Source of the DNA: Silicimonas sp.
GTDB taxonomy: Bacteria; Pseudomonadota; Alphaproteobacteria; Rhodobacterales; Rhodobacteraceae
Assembly: GCA_013003245.1 (NCBI GenBank)
Contig: JABDJX010000103.1
Span: 1 to 47,381, forward strand
Reading direction: 5' to 3'
DNA length: 47,381 nucleotides
Part shown: positions 1 to 11,060 of the stretch, one piece after another
Position numbering within the stretch: the stretch's first letter is position 1
Layout of the letters: the number at the start of each line of letters is the position of its first letter
The notes under the pieces: model-generated
Databases searched by the model: none
Told to the model about the DNA's origin: nothing
What the model saw: the letters and a program-made list of their open reading frames with translations, nothing else
Position numbers and translations under genes: made by a program

Positions 1-1555
1 TCGGCGTGCCTTGCGACAGCATCAGCGTGGCGATCAGATTGCGCTTGCGGCGTTCGCGCTTGGCTTGAATTTCAGCGTCATCGGTCGGGCCTTCGACGCC
101 GCAATTGTCCGAGGCGTTGTGCGAATGACCGTCGCGGTTGCCCTCGCCGTTAGCCTGATTGTGCTTTTTCGAGTAGCTGACCGTGTCTTGCAGCGTGAAG
201 CCGTCATGCGCGGTCAGGAAATTGACCGACGAGGTTGCAGCGCGCCCGTCATGATCAAAGTATTGCGCCGAGCCGGAAAGCCGCGCGGCCATGGCAGCGA
301 CCTTTGACGCATCGCCGCGCCAGAACTGGCGGGCGTCGTCGCGGTACTTGTCGTTCCACTCGGCAAAGGGCGCAGGGTAGGCACCGAGTTGATAGCCGCC
401 CGGGCCGATATCCCACGGCTCGGCAATCAGCTTGAGGCGGTTCAGAACCGGGTCCTGTCGGATGGCGCGAAAGAACGGGCCATCGCGGTCAAATCCGCCG
501 CGTGCGCGCCCAAGCGTTGAGCACAGATCAAAGCGAAAGCCGTCGACGTGCATCACCTCGGCCCAGTAGCGCAGGCTGTCCATGACCAGCCGCAGGGCAA
601 AGGGGTTTTCCATATCGAGCGTGTTGCCGCAGCCGGTATCGTTGACGTAATAGCGCGGGTTGTCGGCAAGCCGGTAGTAGCTGGCGTTATCAAGGCCGCG
701 AAACGCCAGCGTTGGCCCCGTCTCTCCGCCTTCGGCTGTGTGGTTATAAACCACGTCGAGGATCACCTCGATCCCCGCACTGTGAAACCGGGCGACCATA
801 TGCTGAAACTCTGCAATATCAGTGCCTTGCATATAACGTGGCTCTGGTGCAAAAAACCCGTAGGACATGTAGCCCCAGTAGTTGCGCAAGCCCTTGTCGA
901 CCAAAAAGCGGTCGTCAATAAAAGCATGGATCGGCAGCAATTCGATCGCCGTGACACCCAATCGGTTCAGATGCTCCAAAATCGGATCAGACGCCATCGC
1001 CAGATAGGTGCCGGGCTGGTGGATATCGTTGCGCCCGGCGGTCAGACCTTTGACGTGCGCCTCATAAATGATCGTCTCGTCCAGCGGCGTGTTCGGAGAC
1101 CGTCGCGACCCCCAGCTGAACGCCGGATCGACCACAACCGAACGCGGCATGTAGGGCGCGCTGTCGCGTTTATCAAAGCTAAGGTCGGCGTCCTTGTGGC
1201 CGACCTTGTAGCTGTGCAGCGCATCATTCCAGACCGGATGGCCGGTCAGGCGTTTGGCATATGGGTCGATCAGGAGCTTGTAGGGGTTAAACCGGTGCCC
1301 TTCCTCGGGCTTGTAAGGGCCGTGCATCCGGTAGCCATATTGCTGACCGGGGCGCATACCGGGGATGTAGCCGTGCCAGATGTGGCCTTCGCGTTCGGGC
1401 AACGTGATGATCTCGGTCTCAACGCCACCCTCGTCAAACAGGCAAAGCGTTACCCGAGTAGCGTGCTCAGAAAAGACAGCAAAGTTGACGCCATCGCCAT
1501 CGAAATTCGCGCCCAAGGGGTACGCATGCCCCGCCCGTATCGGATGACCTGTCAT
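1..1555 (-). CDS. glgX: glycogen debranching enzyme GlgX (GH13); C-terminus runs off the left window edge
   Basis: Absent from the ORF track because it has no stop in the window. My reverse-strand translation from ATG 1555..1553 reads MTGHPIRAGHAYPLGANFDGDGVNFAVFSEHATRVTLCLFDE...QQYGYRMHGPY...NYWGYMSYGFFAPE...VILDVVYNHTAEG...VDGFRFDL...IAEPWDIG and stays open to base 1. It lies 4 nt downstream of glgA. Confidence 0.9.
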   Translation of the reverse strand, partial: MTGHPIRAGHAYPLGANFDGDGVNFAVFSEHATRVTLCLFDEGGVETEIITLPEREGHIWHGYIPGMRPGQQYGYRMHGPYKPEEGHRFNPYKLLIDPYAKRLTGHPVWNDALHSYKVGHKDADLSFDKRDSAPYMPRSVVVDPAFSWGSRRSPNTPLDETIIYEAHVKGLTAGRNDIHQPGTYLAMASDPILEHLNRLGVTAIELLPIHAFIDDRFLVDKGLRNYWGYMSYGFFAPEPRYMQGTDIAEFQHMVARFHSAGIEVILDVVYNHTAEGGETGPTLAFRGLDNASYYRLADNPRYYVNDTGCGNTLDMENPFALRLVMDSLRYWAEVMHVDGFRFDLCSTLGRARGGFDRDGPFFRAIRQDPVLNRLKLIAEPWDIGPGGYQLGAYPAPFAEWNDKYRDDARQFWRGDASKVAAMAARLSGSAQYFDHDGRAATSSVNFLTAHDGFTLQDTVSYSKKHNQANGEGNRDGHSHNASDNCGVEGPTDDAEIQAKRERRKRNLIATLMLSQGTP

Positions 1556-1559
1556 GCGC

Positions 1560-2984
1560 TCAGCCTGTCGCCAGATCAGCGTAAAGAGCGTGATAGGCCT
1601 GCGCGGAGGTCTCCCACCCCACGGGTTGCTTCATCGCGTTGCCTTGCAGTTTTGCCCAGAGTTTTGGCTGCACGTAGAAGTCGCACAGGCGGGCAAATGC
1701 GTTGGCTAGCGCGTTGGCGTCGATCGGGAAAAACTGCACACCCGTCGCGACCCCACGCGCAAGGGCAGCGGGCGAGGCGTTGATCACCGTATCCGCCAGC
1801 CCGCCTGTTAGCGCGACTAGGGGGATCGTGCCATAGCGCAGCCCGTAAAGCTGGGTCAGACCGCATGGCTCGAACCGCGACGGCACCAAGATCGCATCGC
1901 CTCCGGCCATCATGCGATGCGACAGGTCCTCATTGTATCCGATTTTGACTGCGACACGCGGCTCAGAAGCAGCAAGCTCCAACAGGGCAACCTCCAGCGC
2001 CGGATCACCAGACCCCAGCAATGCGAGTTGCCCGCCACGCTCCAACAGGGCGGGCAACGCGTCAAGCAGCAGATCGATGCCCTTTTGATGGGTCAGTCGC
2101 GAGACAAGCACGCAAAGCGGCCCGTCGCTTGGCTTCAATCCAAACTCTTTGAGCAGCGCCTTTTTGTTCGCCGCCTTTCCGCGCGGCGTTTTGTAAGGTT
2201 TGATTGCAGGATCAGCGGTCGGGCCCCAGACGGCTGTGTCAATGCCGTTGACGATGCCCGTCAGATCGACGGAACGCGCGCGCAAAACACCATCCATGCC
2301 CATACCAAAGGCTTCGGTTTTCAGCTCTTCGGCATAGGTCTGGCTGACGGTGTTGATTTTCGCCGCCCCCATCAGACCGGCCTTCAGCGCCGAAATCTGG
2401 CCCCAGAACTCGAAGTGATCGGAATTAAAGCGGGTGTGGTCCAACCGCAAAGTGCTGAGCCGCGCGGCATCCACATTGCCGTGAAAGGCGATGTTATGAA
2501 CAGTGAAAACGAACGGCACAGCGCAACCAAGTGTGTGGAGGTACTCGGGCACAAATCCGGCCTGCCAGTCATGACCATGCACGATCTGCGGAGTCCAGCC
2601 TCCTGCCCCTTCCCTAGCCACATGGGCCGCGGCATAACTGAGCGCCGCAAAGCGCTCGGCATTATCGACCCAGTCGCGCCCGTTGGCATCGATATAGGGG
2701 CCTCCGGGGCGGTCAAAAAGGTGCGGGACATCAAGGATCAGCAGATCCAGCCCCGCAACCTTGGCCGAAAGTAGCTTTGCGGGGCCGCCGAAAAGCGTTT
2801 CAAAGCTGCCAACTGTCTTTGTGCTTTTGGCTTGCGCGATCACGGATGGATAGCCCGGAATAAGCGTCTTCACCTCGTCGCCAAGTGCCGCCAGTGCGCC
2901 GGGCAAAGCGCCCACCACATCAGCCAGCCCACCGGTTTTCACCAGCGGCGCGCACTCAGAGGCGACAGAGAGGATTCTGGTCAT
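1560..2984 (-). CDS. glgA: glycogen synthase (ADP-glucose transglucosylase)
   Basis: 474-aa ORF. N-terminus [28 protein letters not shown] carries the KTGGL motif of bacterial glycogen synthases. It sits between glgC and glgX. Confidence 0.95.
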   Translation of the reverse strand: MTRILSVASECAPLVKTGGLADVVGALPGALAALGDEVKTLIPGYPSVIAQAKSTKTVGSFETLFGGPAKLLSAKVAGLDLLILDVPHLFDRPGGPYIDANGRDWVDNAERFAALSYAAAHVAREGAGGWTPQIVHGHDWQAGFVPEYLHTLGCAVPFVFTVHNIAFHGNVDAARLSTLRLDHTRFNSDHFEFWGQISALKAGLMGAAKINTVSQTYAEELKTEAFGMGMDGVLRARSVDLTGIVNGIDTAVWGPTADPAIKPYKTPRGKAANKKALLKEFGLKPSDGPLCVLVSRLTHQKGIDLLLDALPALLERGGQLALLGSGDPALEVALLELAASEPRVAVKIGYNEDLSHRMMAGGDAILVPSRFEPCGLTQLYGLRYGTIPLVALTGGLADTVINASPAALARGVATGVQFFPIDANALANAFARLCDFYVQPKLWAKLQGNAMKQPVGWETSAQAYHALYADLATG

Positions 2985-4255
2985 GAAGCCGCGTCTTTTT
3001 TATCCAGCATATCCTGCGTTATCAGCACCTTACCCCGCTCGGATACGCGGAACCACTTTCCGTCTTCCTCAAGGTCTTCGCCAACAATCAGTCCTTCGGG
3101 GATCACCACACCTTTGTCAATCACCACATTGCGCAACCGCGCTGACCGGTGGACGATCACATCAGGCAGAACCACGGCGTTGTCCAAAACGGCGTAGGAA
3201 TTGGTGTGCACATTGGTAAACAGCACCGAATTGCGCACCTCGGTGCCCGAGATGATACACCCGCCCGACACCATCGACGACATGGCCATGCCACGGCGCG
3301 AGCGTTCGTTGTGGATGAACTTCGCTGGCGGCACGCTTTCGGAATAGGTCCAGATCGGCCAGCTGCGATCCCATAGATCCAGATCAGGGGTGAAATCGGT
3401 CAGATCGATGTTTGCCTCCCAAAAGGCATCCACGGTTCCAACATCCTTCCAATAGGCGGGAGCCCCATCTGCGCGCACACAGCTTTCGTCAAACCGATGC
3501 GCAACAGCTTTGCCGTTCTTGACAATCTCGGGGATCAGGTCGCCGCCAAAGTCATGGCTGGAGTTGTCATCTAGCGCATCCGCCAAAAGCAACGCACGCA
3601 GAAAATCCCATTTGAAAACGTAAATGCCCATCGACGCCAGCGCCTTGGTCGGATCCTCGGGCGTGGCGGGCGGGTCGGCGGGCTTTTCCAGAAAGGATGT
3701 GATCGTGCCATTGGCATCCGTGGCCATCACACCAAAGGCCGTCGCCTCTTCGCGCGGCACGGTCAGACAGCCAACGGTGACGTCTGCATCGGTTTCCACA
3801 TGCTGGCGCAGCATGATCTCGTAATCCATCTTGTAGATGTGATCGCCAGCCAAAATCACAACATAATCAATGTTATAGCTATCGACGATATCGATGTTCT
3901 GGGTCACGGCGTCGGCGGTGCCAGCATACCAGGCCTCGGTGCCTGTGCGCTGTGAGGCCGGCAGGATATCGAGAAATTCATTGCGTTCTGCGCGGAAGAA
4001 GGTCCAGCCGCGCTGCAGGTGCCGGATCAGACTGTGCGCCTTATACTGCGTAGCAATCGCCATACGCCGAATGCCCGAATTCAGCGCATTGGAGAGAGCA
4101 AAGTCGATGATCCGCGTCTTACCACCAAAGTAGACAGCTGGTTTCACACGTCGGTCAGTCAGCTCTTTCAGGCGGCTCCCCCGGCCCCCTGCCAGAACAA
4201 AAACCATCGAGCGCTGTGTCAGTCTCTTTGTCTGCATGTCTTCCCTCCCCTTCAT
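2981..4255 (-). CDS. glgC: glucose-1-phosphate adenylyltransferase
   Basis: 424-aa ORF with [38 protein letters not shown]. 4-nt ATGA overlap with glgA. An alternative start is the internal Met 6 codons downstream (MQTKRL). Confidence 0.95.
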   Translation of the reverse strand: MKGREDMQTKRLTQRSMVFVLAGGRGSRLKELTDRRVKPAVYFGGKTRIIDFALSNALNSGIRRMAIATQYKAHSLIRHLQRGWTFFRAERNEFLDILPASQRTGTEAWYAGTADAVTQNIDIVDSYNIDYVVILAGDHIYKMDYEIMLRQHVETDADVTVGCLTVPREEATAFGVMATDANGTITSFLEKPADPPATPEDPTKALASMGIYVFKWDFLRALLLADALDDNSSHDFGGDLIPEIVKNGKAVAHRFDESCVRADGAPAYWKDVGTVDAFWEANIDLTDFTPDLDLWDRSWPIWTYSESVPPAKFIHNERSRRGMAMSSMVSGGCIISGTEVRNSVLFTNVHTNSYAVLDNAVVLPDVIVHRSARLRNVVIDKGVVIPEGLIVGEDLEEDGKWFRVSERGKVLITQDMLDKKDAAS

Positions 4256-4262
4256 TATCGTC

Positions 4263-6440
4263 TCAGTCCTTTAAGCGCAAAACCACCACTGAAAGCGGCG
4301 GCAGTGTCAGCTTGATTGATGCTTGAAACCCGTCGGACGCCACGTTTTCCGCATCCAACCCTCCCAGATTGCCACGGTTCCCTCCGCCATAGAGCGCACT
4401 GTCGGTATTCAGCACTTCTTCCCAATGCCCCGTTTCGGGGACGCCGACGCGAAAACCGTTCCGCTCTACCGGTGTGAAGTTGCACATCACAAGCACAGGC
4501 GCATCTTCGTCTTCACCCAGTCGCAGGTACCCAAGCGTGGATTGCTCGGCGTCGCTGTTGATCCAGCGAAAGCCCTGCGGTTGACAATCATTGATGTGCA
4601 GCGCGGGTGTGGTGCGGTAAAGCGTGTTCAGATCGCGGATCAATGCCTGCATACCTGCGTGCTGCGGCTGCGAGGCGGCGTGCCAGTTCAGCTCGCCGTC
4701 GTGCGCCCACTCTTCGGGCTGGGCAAATTCGCACCCCATGAACAAAAGCTTCTTGCCCGGATGCGTCCACATAAACCCGTAATAGGCGCGCAGGTGGGCA
4801 AATTTCTCATCCCCCTCGCCCGGCATTTTCGACAACATCGAGCCTTTGCCGTGCACCACTTCGTCATGGCTGATCGGCAGGATGAAATTTTCCGAAAACG
4901 CATAATGAATGCCGAAGGTCAGATCATTCTGGTGGTACTTCCGGTAAACGGGATCGCGCTGGATGTAGCTGAGCGTGTCGTTCATCCAGCCCATATTCCA
5001 TTTATACCCAAAGCCAAGGCCGCCGGCGTGAACGGGTTGCGATACACCGGGAAAAGATGTGCTTTCTTCCGCCACGGTCATGATATCGGGGCTGGCAGCG
5101 TAGACAGAGACGTTCATTTCCTTGAGGAAATCGATCGCTTCATAGTTCTCGCGCCCACCGTCCTTATTGGGAACCCATTGGCCTTCGGGTCGAGAATAGT
5201 CGCGGTAAAGCATCGAGGCCACGGCATCGACGCGCAGCCCGTCAAGGTGATATTCTTCCATCCAGTAAAGCGCGTTCGAGACAAGGTAATTGCGCACCTC
5301 GGTCCGGCCATAGTTATAGATCAGCGTGTTCCAGTCCTGATGGAAACCCTCGCGCATGTCTTCGTGTTCATAAAGCGCCGTGCCATCAAACCGGGCAAGC
5401 CCATGCGGATCAGTCGGGAAATGCCCCGGCACCCAATCGAGCAGCACGCCCAGATCGGCGGCGTGTGCCGCTTCGATCAGATCGCGAAACTCGTGTGGCG
5501 GGCCAAAACGGATGGTGGGCGCGTAAAGGCCGACGGGTTGATAGCCCCAAGAACCATCGAAGGGGAATTCCGAGATTGGCAAAAGTTCGATATGAGTGAA
5601 ACCCATGTCTTTGACGTAACTGACCAGATCGCGCGCCAACTCTTTGTAAGACAGTGGCCTCCCGCCATCATCCCAGCGCCTGCGCCACGAGCCAAGGTGC
5701 ACTTCGTAGATCGAGATCGGTGCCGCGCGGTTTGAGCGCTCAGCGCGGTCGTCCATCCACTTGCCGTCTTTCCAGCCATATCCGACGATATCACGAACAA
5801 TCGACGCTTTCTCCGGCGGATGCTGCGAGCCAAAGCCAACGGGATCAGCCTTAAGTGCGACAGACCCGTCAGCGCCAATGATCTCGTATTTATAGTGCGC
5901 GCCCTCGCCCACATCAGGCAGGAAAATCTCCCAGGCGCCGGTATTCCCGACACACCGCATCGGGTGCCTGCGGCCATCCCACATGTTGAAATCGCCCACG
6001 ACCGAAACCCGCCGTGCGTTCGGGGCCCAAACGGCAAAATGCGTGCCATCCACTTTTTCATGTTTCTGAACATGCGCGCCCAGCGCACGCCAAAGCTGGC
6101 GATGCGTGCCTTCGCCAATCAGGTATTGATCAAAATCGGTCAGCACCGGCCCGAAGGCGTAAGCGTCATGCCCTTCCAGCACATGTCCGTCGCCGTAGGT
6201 CATTTTCAGCGTATAGGCTTTGCCTGGAACGGGGCCAGAGAACACATCGCCCGAGATGCGCGGCAACGGCGTTTCCTTGCCCGCCAAAACCGCCGAAACC
6301 TCTGCGGCGCCCGGCTGCACGGTCGAAATCCACCGCTTGGAACCGCTTTTTTGCGGACCCAACACGTCAAAAGGTGCGGTGTGCTCTCCACGGTTTAACG
6401 CCTGAATGTCAGCATCCGTTAACGGGCCATTTTGCGGCAA
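4263..6440 (-). CDS. glgB: 1,4-alpha-glucan branching enzyme
   Basis: 725-aa ORF with GH13 conserved regions ([38 protein letters not shown]). First gene of the glg operon. Confidence 0.95.
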   Translation of the reverse strand: MPQNGPLTDADIQALNRGEHTAPFDVLGPQKSGSKRWISTVQPGAAEVSAVLAGKETPLPRISGDVFSGPVPGKAYTLKMTYGDGHVLEGHDAYAFGPVLTDFDQYLIGEGTHRQLWRALGAHVQKHEKVDGTHFAVWAPNARRVSVVGDFNMWDGRRHPMRCVGNTGAWEIFLPDVGEGAHYKYEIIGADGSVALKADPVGFGSQHPPEKASIVRDIVGYGWKDGKWMDDRAERSNRAAPISIYEVHLGSWRRRWDDGGRPLSYKELARDLVSYVKDMGFTHIELLPISEFPFDGSWGYQPVGLYAPTIRFGPPHEFRDLIEAAHAADLGVLLDWVPGHFPTDPHGLARFDGTALYEHEDMREGFHQDWNTLIYNYGRTEVRNYLVSNALYWMEEYHLDGLRVDAVASMLYRDYSRPEGQWVPNKDGGRENYEAIDFLKEMNVSVYAASPDIMTVAEESTSFPGVSQPVHAGGLGFGYKWNMGWMNDTLSYIQRDPVYRKYHQNDLTFGIHYAFSENFILPISHDEVVHGKGSMLSKMPGEGDEKFAHLRAYYGFMWTHPGKKLLFMGCEFAQPEEWAHDGELNWHAASQPQHAGMQALIRDLNTLYRTTPALHINDCQPQGFRWINSDAEQSTLGYLRLGEDEDAPVLVMCNFTPVERNGFRVGVPETGHWEEVLNTDSALYGGGNRGNLGGLDAENVASDGFQASIKLTLPPLSVVVLRLKD

Positions 6441-6540
6441 AGCATTTCTCCCTTGTGAACAAGTACCTTAGGGAATGCGATCCGTGGTTGTCGAGCGCAA
6501 TCATAAAAAATGCGCGGCGTATTGGATGGTTATCGGCGGT

Positions 6541-7632
6541 TCACACTAAATCGACAGATTTGCCAGTGAGCGCCGACTTCTGCGCAGCCAGACCCATTTT
6601 GACCGCCCATGCCCCATCGACAAGCGCCACATCGGGCGTGCCGCCATTGCGCACGATTTCAAGAAAGCGCGCGTGCTGGTAAAAGGTCGACCCGTTGTGA
6701 TCGCCGGCTTCAAGAATGGTTGGGTCGACGGGGATTTCAACCTCTTGCGGGCCCTTTGGACTGCGCGGAGAGATGACTACCCGCGGCACCGGTGGTGCGC
6801 CTAGGTGCGTTGGCCAGAACCGACCCGGACCGGGCACGAAGGATTCAATTTTACCGGTGGGCCCGACGGCGCAAATCTCTTCCTGATACCGCGCTCCCTC
6901 GGCGTACATGCACAGCTCCAACATGGCCCGCGCGCCACTCGCAAACTCGGTGATGACAAAGGCACTGTCCCAGATGTCGGGCGTCTCTTCGCCATAACGT
7001 TCATCAAGGTGGTTCACCTCTTGGCCCGCACTGGCCATCACGCGCACCGGATCAGACTGCAGGATCAGCCGCATCAGATCGAAGAAGTGGCAACATTTCT
7101 CCACCAAAGTGCCACCCGTGTACCGGTTGAATCGGTTCCAATCGCCGACCTTGGGCAAGAACGGAAAGCGATGTTCGCGGATCGACAGCATCTTTACGCC
7201 GCCCGTGGCTGCCTGCACCTGCTCTACAAAGGTCTGAACAGGAGGCATGTAGCGATACTCCATCGCCACCCAGACGGGTGCGGGGTATTTTGCCGCCAGA
7301 TCAGCAACTTTGGCCGCCTGCGCCGGATCAGTATAGAGCGGTTTCTCGATCAAAAGCGGCAGGGGACGGATCGACGCTATCTCTTCGAATTGCGGGATGT
7401 GCATGTGGTTGGGCGAGACGATAAGCAGGCAATCGATCTCTTCCATCGCCAAAAGCTCGGGCACGGACCCGACAAGTTTCGCGTTCGGCGCAATCGCCTT
7501 TGCCGCCGCTGCCTGCAACTCGTTTGGCTCAAAAATCGCCGCCACGCGTGCGCCGGGCAAAAGGGCGATGTTGCGAAGGTGCTCTTGCCCCATCATGCCG
7601 CAGCCGATCACACCGTAATTCACTATGTCCAT
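6541..7632 (-). CDS. Gfo/Idh/MocA family NAD(P)-dependent oxidoreductase
   Basis: ORF track gives 6541..7734. I moved the start to ATG 7632 (MDIVNYGVIGCGMMGQEHL, a Rossmann GxGxxG) because the 34 upstream codons overlap the end of the GntR gene. This leaves an 11-nt gap to the GntR stop, so the two are probably co-transcribed. Confidence 0.85.
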   Translation of the reverse strand: MDIVNYGVIGCGMMGQEHLRNIALLPGARVAAIFEPNELQAAAAKAIAPNAKLVGSVPELLAMEEIDCLLIVSPNHMHIPQFEEIASIRPLPLLIEKPLYTDPAQAAKVADLAAKYPAPVWVAMEYRYMPPVQTFVEQVQAATGGVKMLSIREHRFPFLPKVGDWNRFNRYTGGTLVEKCCHFFDLMRLILQSDPVRVMASAGQEVNHLDERYGEETPDIWDSAFVITEFASGARAMLELCMYAEGARYQEEICAVGPTGKIESFVPGPGRFWPTHLGAPPVPRVVISPRSPKGPQEVEIPVDPTILEAGDHNGSTFYQHARFLEIVRNGGTPDVALVDGAWAVKMGLAAQKSALTGKSVDLV

Positions 7633-7643
7633 TGTCTTATCCG

Positions 7644-8360
7644 TCACTTGATACGCGCCACATACCGCGCGCGATTTGGGTTGAACCATGTGCGCGAGAA
7701 TTCGGCAATTTCGCCTTCGGCTGTTCGGCTCCACCGCTCGACAAAGCCGACACTCGCGCCCGCCTTGCAGCCGATGTCAGCGCCTGCCCAATCGGGCAAT
7801 TGTGCGACGCCGATGCGATCTTCGGCGCGCGAAATGAGCAGGCCCAAAGTCTTGCGATAATAGTAATAGAGGCTTTCGGAGAGGTCTTTCGCCGAAATTG
7901 CGCCTGCCCATTTGCCATCTAACCAGATTTCTTCCAGTGCAGCAGGCTCGCCCGAAAGCAGGCGTAACCGTCTGATCCTATGTGCTGTTTTCGACTGACC
8001 AAAAACTGGCAAGTCATCGGGCTTTTGCACTTTCTCAACATTCAGCACATTTGCCGTAGGCAGCCCTCCCCCTTCGAGCTTTTCCAGCCTGAAGAAGGAA
8101 TACACGCTGGCGGCATCGGGATTGTGGCGCACGTAGTTGCCCGACCCTTGAATGCGCACCAGCAAACCCTTGTCGACCAGATCGTTCAGCGCCTTGCGCA
8201 ATGTACCCACCGCAATGCCCATATCCGCTGCCATCTCGCGCTCGGGCGGCAGACGTTCGCCATCAATCAGCCGCCCCGAAGCGATCTCGCGGATCAGCAT
8301 CTCGGCGGTCTGCACATAAATGGGAAGAGCAGTGGAATCGGCGTCCATTCCGTTGTCCAA
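7644..8360 (-). CDS. GntR family transcriptional regulator, HutC subfamily (wHTH plus UTRA-like domain)
   Basis: 238-aa ORF. N-terminal wHTH LPPEREMAADMGIAVGTLRKALNDLVDKGLLVRIQGSGNYV. The C-terminal length and pattern fit a UTRA effector domain. Divergent from the LLM operon. Confidence 0.85.
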   Translation of the reverse strand: MDNGMDADSTALPIYVQTAEMLIREIASGRLIDGERLPPEREMAADMGIAVGTLRKALNDLVDKGLLVRIQGSGNYVRHNPDAASVYSFFRLEKLEGGGLPTANVLNVEKVQKPDDLPVFGQSKTAHRIRRLRLLSGEPAALEEIWLDGKWAGAISAKDLSESLYYYYRKTLGLLISRAEDRIGVAQLPDWAGADIGCKAGASVGFVERWSRTAEGEIAEFSRTWFNPNRARYVARIK

Positions 8361-8375
8361 AAAATTGATACACTA

Positions 8376-8389
8376 TTGATGCACATCAA
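8376..8389. promoter_or_regulatory. candidate operator: inverted repeat TTGATG-CA-CATCAA, preceded by direct ATTGAT repeats (8364-8369, 8375-8380)
   Basis: Read directly in the 78-bp divergent intergenic region between the GntR/HutC gene and the LLM monooxygenase gene. Confidence 0.35.
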
Positions 8390-8438
8390 AGACAATGCTA
8401 CGCAAGGTCAAAGTTCGTCCGCTGGGAAAGATTCGTTC

Positions 8439-9596
8439 ATGACAATTGTGCCCGTCACTTCTGCCGATCTAAGCGCTGCTGAAGTCAGCTGGTTTTCCGC
8501 CCTTTGCTCTGACGACTATCAGTTCCTTGGCGTGCCGGACGGCGATCTGCGTTCTAGCTGGGCGCATTGCCGGGACATTCTGCTTGAGGCCGAAAAGCAG
8601 GGCTTTCGCAACATCCTTGCGCCGTCCTCCTATCAGGTTGGCCAGGACACTCTGTCTTTCGTCGCTGGTTGCGCGCCGCTGACGTCCAAGATCAACATGC
8701 TGGCCGCCGTGCGCTGTGGTGAGATGCAGCCGATCATGCTGGCGCGTACGCTGGCAACGCTTGATCATATGCTTGAGGGCCGTCTGACGATCAACATCAT
8801 CTCGTCCGACTTCCCCGGCGAAAAGGCCGAGTCAAACTACCGCTATCAACGCTCGCGCGAAGTGGTCGAAATCCTTCGGCAAGCCTGGACGCAGGACGAG
8901 ATCAACTATGCAGGCGAAGTTTACAACTTCGAAAACATCCCCACCGGCCCGGCCAAACCCTATCAACAAAACGGCGGCCCGCTGATGTACTTTGGCGGCT
9001 ACTCTCCGGCCGCATTGGAGCTTTGTGGTCAGCATTGCGATGTTTACCTGATGTGGCCGGAGACCAAGGACCAACTGGCCCAGCGGATGAAGGACGTGCA
9101 TGCGGTGGCCGAAAAATACGACCGTACGCTGGATTACGGCCTGCGCGTGCACATGATCGTGCGCGATACCGAGGCTGAGGCGAAAGAATACGCCGATTAC
9201 ATCGTCTCAAAGCTTGATGACGAATACGGCCAGATCATCCGCGAGCGCGCCCACGACAGCGGCTCGCTTGGGGTCAGCCATCAGGCGCGCGCCCGCGAAC
9301 TGGCCGACAAATTTGGCTATGTCGAGCCGCACCTTTGGACGGGCGTTGGTCGCGCGCGCTCGGGTTGTGGGGCGGCGCTTGTTGGTTCGACCGATCAGGT
9401 CCTGAGCGAAATCGAAGCGTATAAAAAGATGGGCATCCGCGCCTTCATCTTCTCGGGCTATCCTCACATTGATGAATGCAAATCCTTCGGCCAACGCGTG
9501 CTGCCACAGTTGGAAACATGTTCATTGCCACAGGCTTACGGGCGTGTACCATCATCCACACCAGCCACCCCATTGGGCGTAGGAGTGCGTACATAA
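8439..9596 (+). CDS. LLM-class FMNH2-dependent monooxygenase, alkanesulfonate monooxygenase (SsuD)-like
   Basis: The track ORF 7980..9596 is over-extended into the GntR gene. The in-frame ATG at 8439 gives 385 aa starting MTIVPVTSAD. It reads colinear with E. coli SsuD as I recall it (RLTINIISS..., LMYFGGYSPAALEL, DVYLMWPE, GLRVHMIVRDTEAEA, LWTGVGRARSGCGAALVGS, FIFSGYPH). Confidence 0.85.
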   Translation: MTIVPVTSADLSAAEVSWFSALCSDDYQFLGVPDGDLRSSWAHCRDILLEAEKQGFRNILAPSSYQVGQDTLSFVAGCAPLTSKINMLAAVRCGEMQPIMLARTLATLDHMLEGRLTINIISSDFPGEKAESNYRYQRSREVVEILRQAWTQDEINYAGEVYNFENIPTGPAKPYQQNGGPLMYFGGYSPAALELCGQHCDVYLMWPETKDQLAQRMKDVHAVAEKYDRTLDYGLRVHMIVRDTEAEAKEYADYIVSKLDDEYGQIIRERAHDSGSLGVSHQARARELADKFGYVEPHLWTGVGRARSGCGAALVGSTDQVLSEIEAYKKMGIRAFIFSGYPHIDECKSFGQRVLPQLETCSLPQAYGRVPSSTPATPLGVGVRT

Positions 9597-10492
9597 TGAA
9601 CCGTGTTGAGTTACCCTGCGGCGTAGAGTTGAGCCGCATTGTCTATGGGATGTGGCGCATCGGGGACGATGCCGACACCTCGCCAGCGCATGTGCGCGCC
9701 AAGATCGATTCCTGCCTCGCGCAAGGCATCACCACGATTGATCAGGCTGACATTTACGGAGGCTACACGGCAGAGGCGATTTTGGGCGATTGTCTGAAAG
9801 AAAACAAGGGGCTGCGAGACAAACTTGAGATCGTCACCAAGTGCGATATCGTCGCCCCCACAGGGCGTTATGCCGATGCGCGCGTCAAGCACTATGACAC
9901 CTCCGCCGAACACATCGCACAGTCCATCGAGAACTCGCTGACGGATATGGGGATCGAGCACATCGACCTTCTGCTGATCCACCGTCCTGATCCGCTGATG
10001 AACCATCATGAGACTGGTGGCGCGTTGGATGCGGCGGTCAAATCCGGCAAGGTCCGCGCGGTTGGCGTGTCAAACTTCAAGCCGTGGGACTGGGATCTGT
10101 TGCAGTCGGCGATGGAGACACCGCTGGCCACCAACCAGATCGAGATCAGCTTGTCGGCGCATGAGGCTCTGACCAACGGCGATATCGCCTTCCACCAGCA
10201 ACACGGCATCTCACCCATGGCATGGTCACCGCTTGGGGGTGGCACTTTGATGGACGCAAAAGCGGTGGGCGACTTGCGGCAATTGATGTCGCGCGTGGCG
10301 ATGGAGACCGGAACTGATGAAGCCGCCGTTGCCGTGGCATGGCTGCTGGCGCACCCCTCCTCCATCATGCCCGTTATGGGCACCAACACGATCTCGCGGA
10401 TTGATACGCTGTCCGACGCCTTCAAAGTCAAAATGGACCGCCAGACATGGTTCGAGCTTTATACCGCAGCCCTTGGGCGCGAGGTTGCTTAA
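9596..10492 (+). CDS. aldo-keto reductase family oxidoreductase (YdhF-like)
   Basis: The in-frame ATG at 9596 overlaps the LLM stop (TAATG) and gives 298 aa: MNRVELPCGVELSRIVYGMWRIGDD...IDQADIYGGY...LLLIHRPD...GVSNF. Confidence 0.85.
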   Translation: MNRVELPCGVELSRIVYGMWRIGDDADTSPAHVRAKIDSCLAQGITTIDQADIYGGYTAEAILGDCLKENKGLRDKLEIVTKCDIVAPTGRYADARVKHYDTSAEHIAQSIENSLTDMGIEHIDLLLIHRPDPLMNHHETGGALDAAVKSGKVRAVGVSNFKPWDWDLLQSAMETPLATNQIEISLSAHEALTNGDIAFHQQHGISPMAWSPLGGGTLMDAKAVGDLRQLMSRVAMETGTDEAAVAVAWLLAHPSSIMPVMGTNTISRIDTLSDAFKVKMDRQTWFELYTAALGREVA

Positions 10493-10493
10493 G

Positions 10494-10997
10494 GTGGTGA
10501 CACCCACGACATTCCGCCCCGATGCGGGCGATGCCCGCGCGTTTCGCGATGCCCTTGGCACCTTTCCCACAGGTGTCACGATCGTGACCTGTCAAAGTGA
10601 AAAAGGCCCGCTTGGGATCACGGCGAACAGCTTTTCGTCAGTGTCGCTCGATCCTCCGCTTGTGCTTTGGTCCCCGGCCCGCGCATCACGTCGGTTTGCA
10701 GCCTTTGAGGCGGCCCAACACTTTGCGATCCACGTTCTGGCCGAGAATCAACAGCACTTCTGCACGACCTTCGCGTCAGAGGGCGGCAACTTTTCTGACC
10801 TGGACTGGCACACAAATGATGACGGCGTGCCGCTTATCAACGGATGCCTGACCCGGTTCGAGTGTGAACGTCACGCTATCCACGACGGCGGAGATCATGC
10901 AATCATTGTCGGGCGCGTAAGGGCGGCGACCGTAAAAGACGGGTCGTCTTTGGTGTTTTCGGGGGGGGCTTTCGGACGATTTCAAGAGTTAGGCTAA
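10494..10997 (+). CDS. NAD(P)H-dependent flavin reductase (HpaC/SsuE-functional type, Flavin_Reduct fold)
   Basis: GTG start 10494 (or 10497), 1 nt after the AKR stop, about 167 aa: FRDALGTFPTGVTIVTCQSEKGPLGITANSFSSVSLDPPLVLWS...GDHAIIVGRV. The upstream part of track ORF 10317.. overlaps the AKR gene. Confidence 0.8.
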   Translation: MVTPTTFRPDAGDARAFRDALGTFPTGVTIVTCQSEKGPLGITANSFSSVSLDPPLVLWSPARASRRFAAFEAAQHFAIHVLAENQQHFCTTFASEGGNFSDLDWHTNDDGVPLINGCLTRFECERHAIHDGGDHAIIVGRVRAATVKDGSSLVFSGGAFGRFQELG

Positions 10998-11060
10998 GTT
11001 CAAGCCAAAGAAAAAGGTCCTAAAAACAATAACGAGGGACCACAAGGGAGGAGAAGCGCC

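Noticed and set aside
548-1783. 411-aa ORF on the plus strand
   Set aside because: It lies entirely antisense to glgX/glgA, whose translations have unambiguous GH13 and GT5 motifs. The product is Arg/Ala/Pro/Val-rich, which is typical of mirror frames in high-GC DNA.
4323-5735. 470-aa plus-strand ORF inside glgB
   Set aside because: It is antisense to a strongly recognisable branching-enzyme gene, has no recognisable motif and has the compositional signature of a shadow ORF.
1-6440. The glgBCAX operon as something unusual
   Set aside because: It has standard gene content and order for a bacterial glycogen locus, with overlapping or near-abutting genes. Nothing is anomalous.
6805-7860. 351-aa plus-strand ORF
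   Set aside because: It is antisense to the Gfo/Idh/MocA and GntR genes. It is a shadow frame.
7980-8438. N-terminal 153-codon extension of the LLM ORF. Similar track extensions occur at 9476-9595, 10317-10493, 34843-35034, 36255-36350, 36860-37081, 38530-38697, 41430-41600, 26339-26425 and 7633-7734
   Set aside because: The extensions overlap upstream genes or divergent promoters and lack homology-like sequence. Internal starts give canonical N-termini and tight operon spacing.
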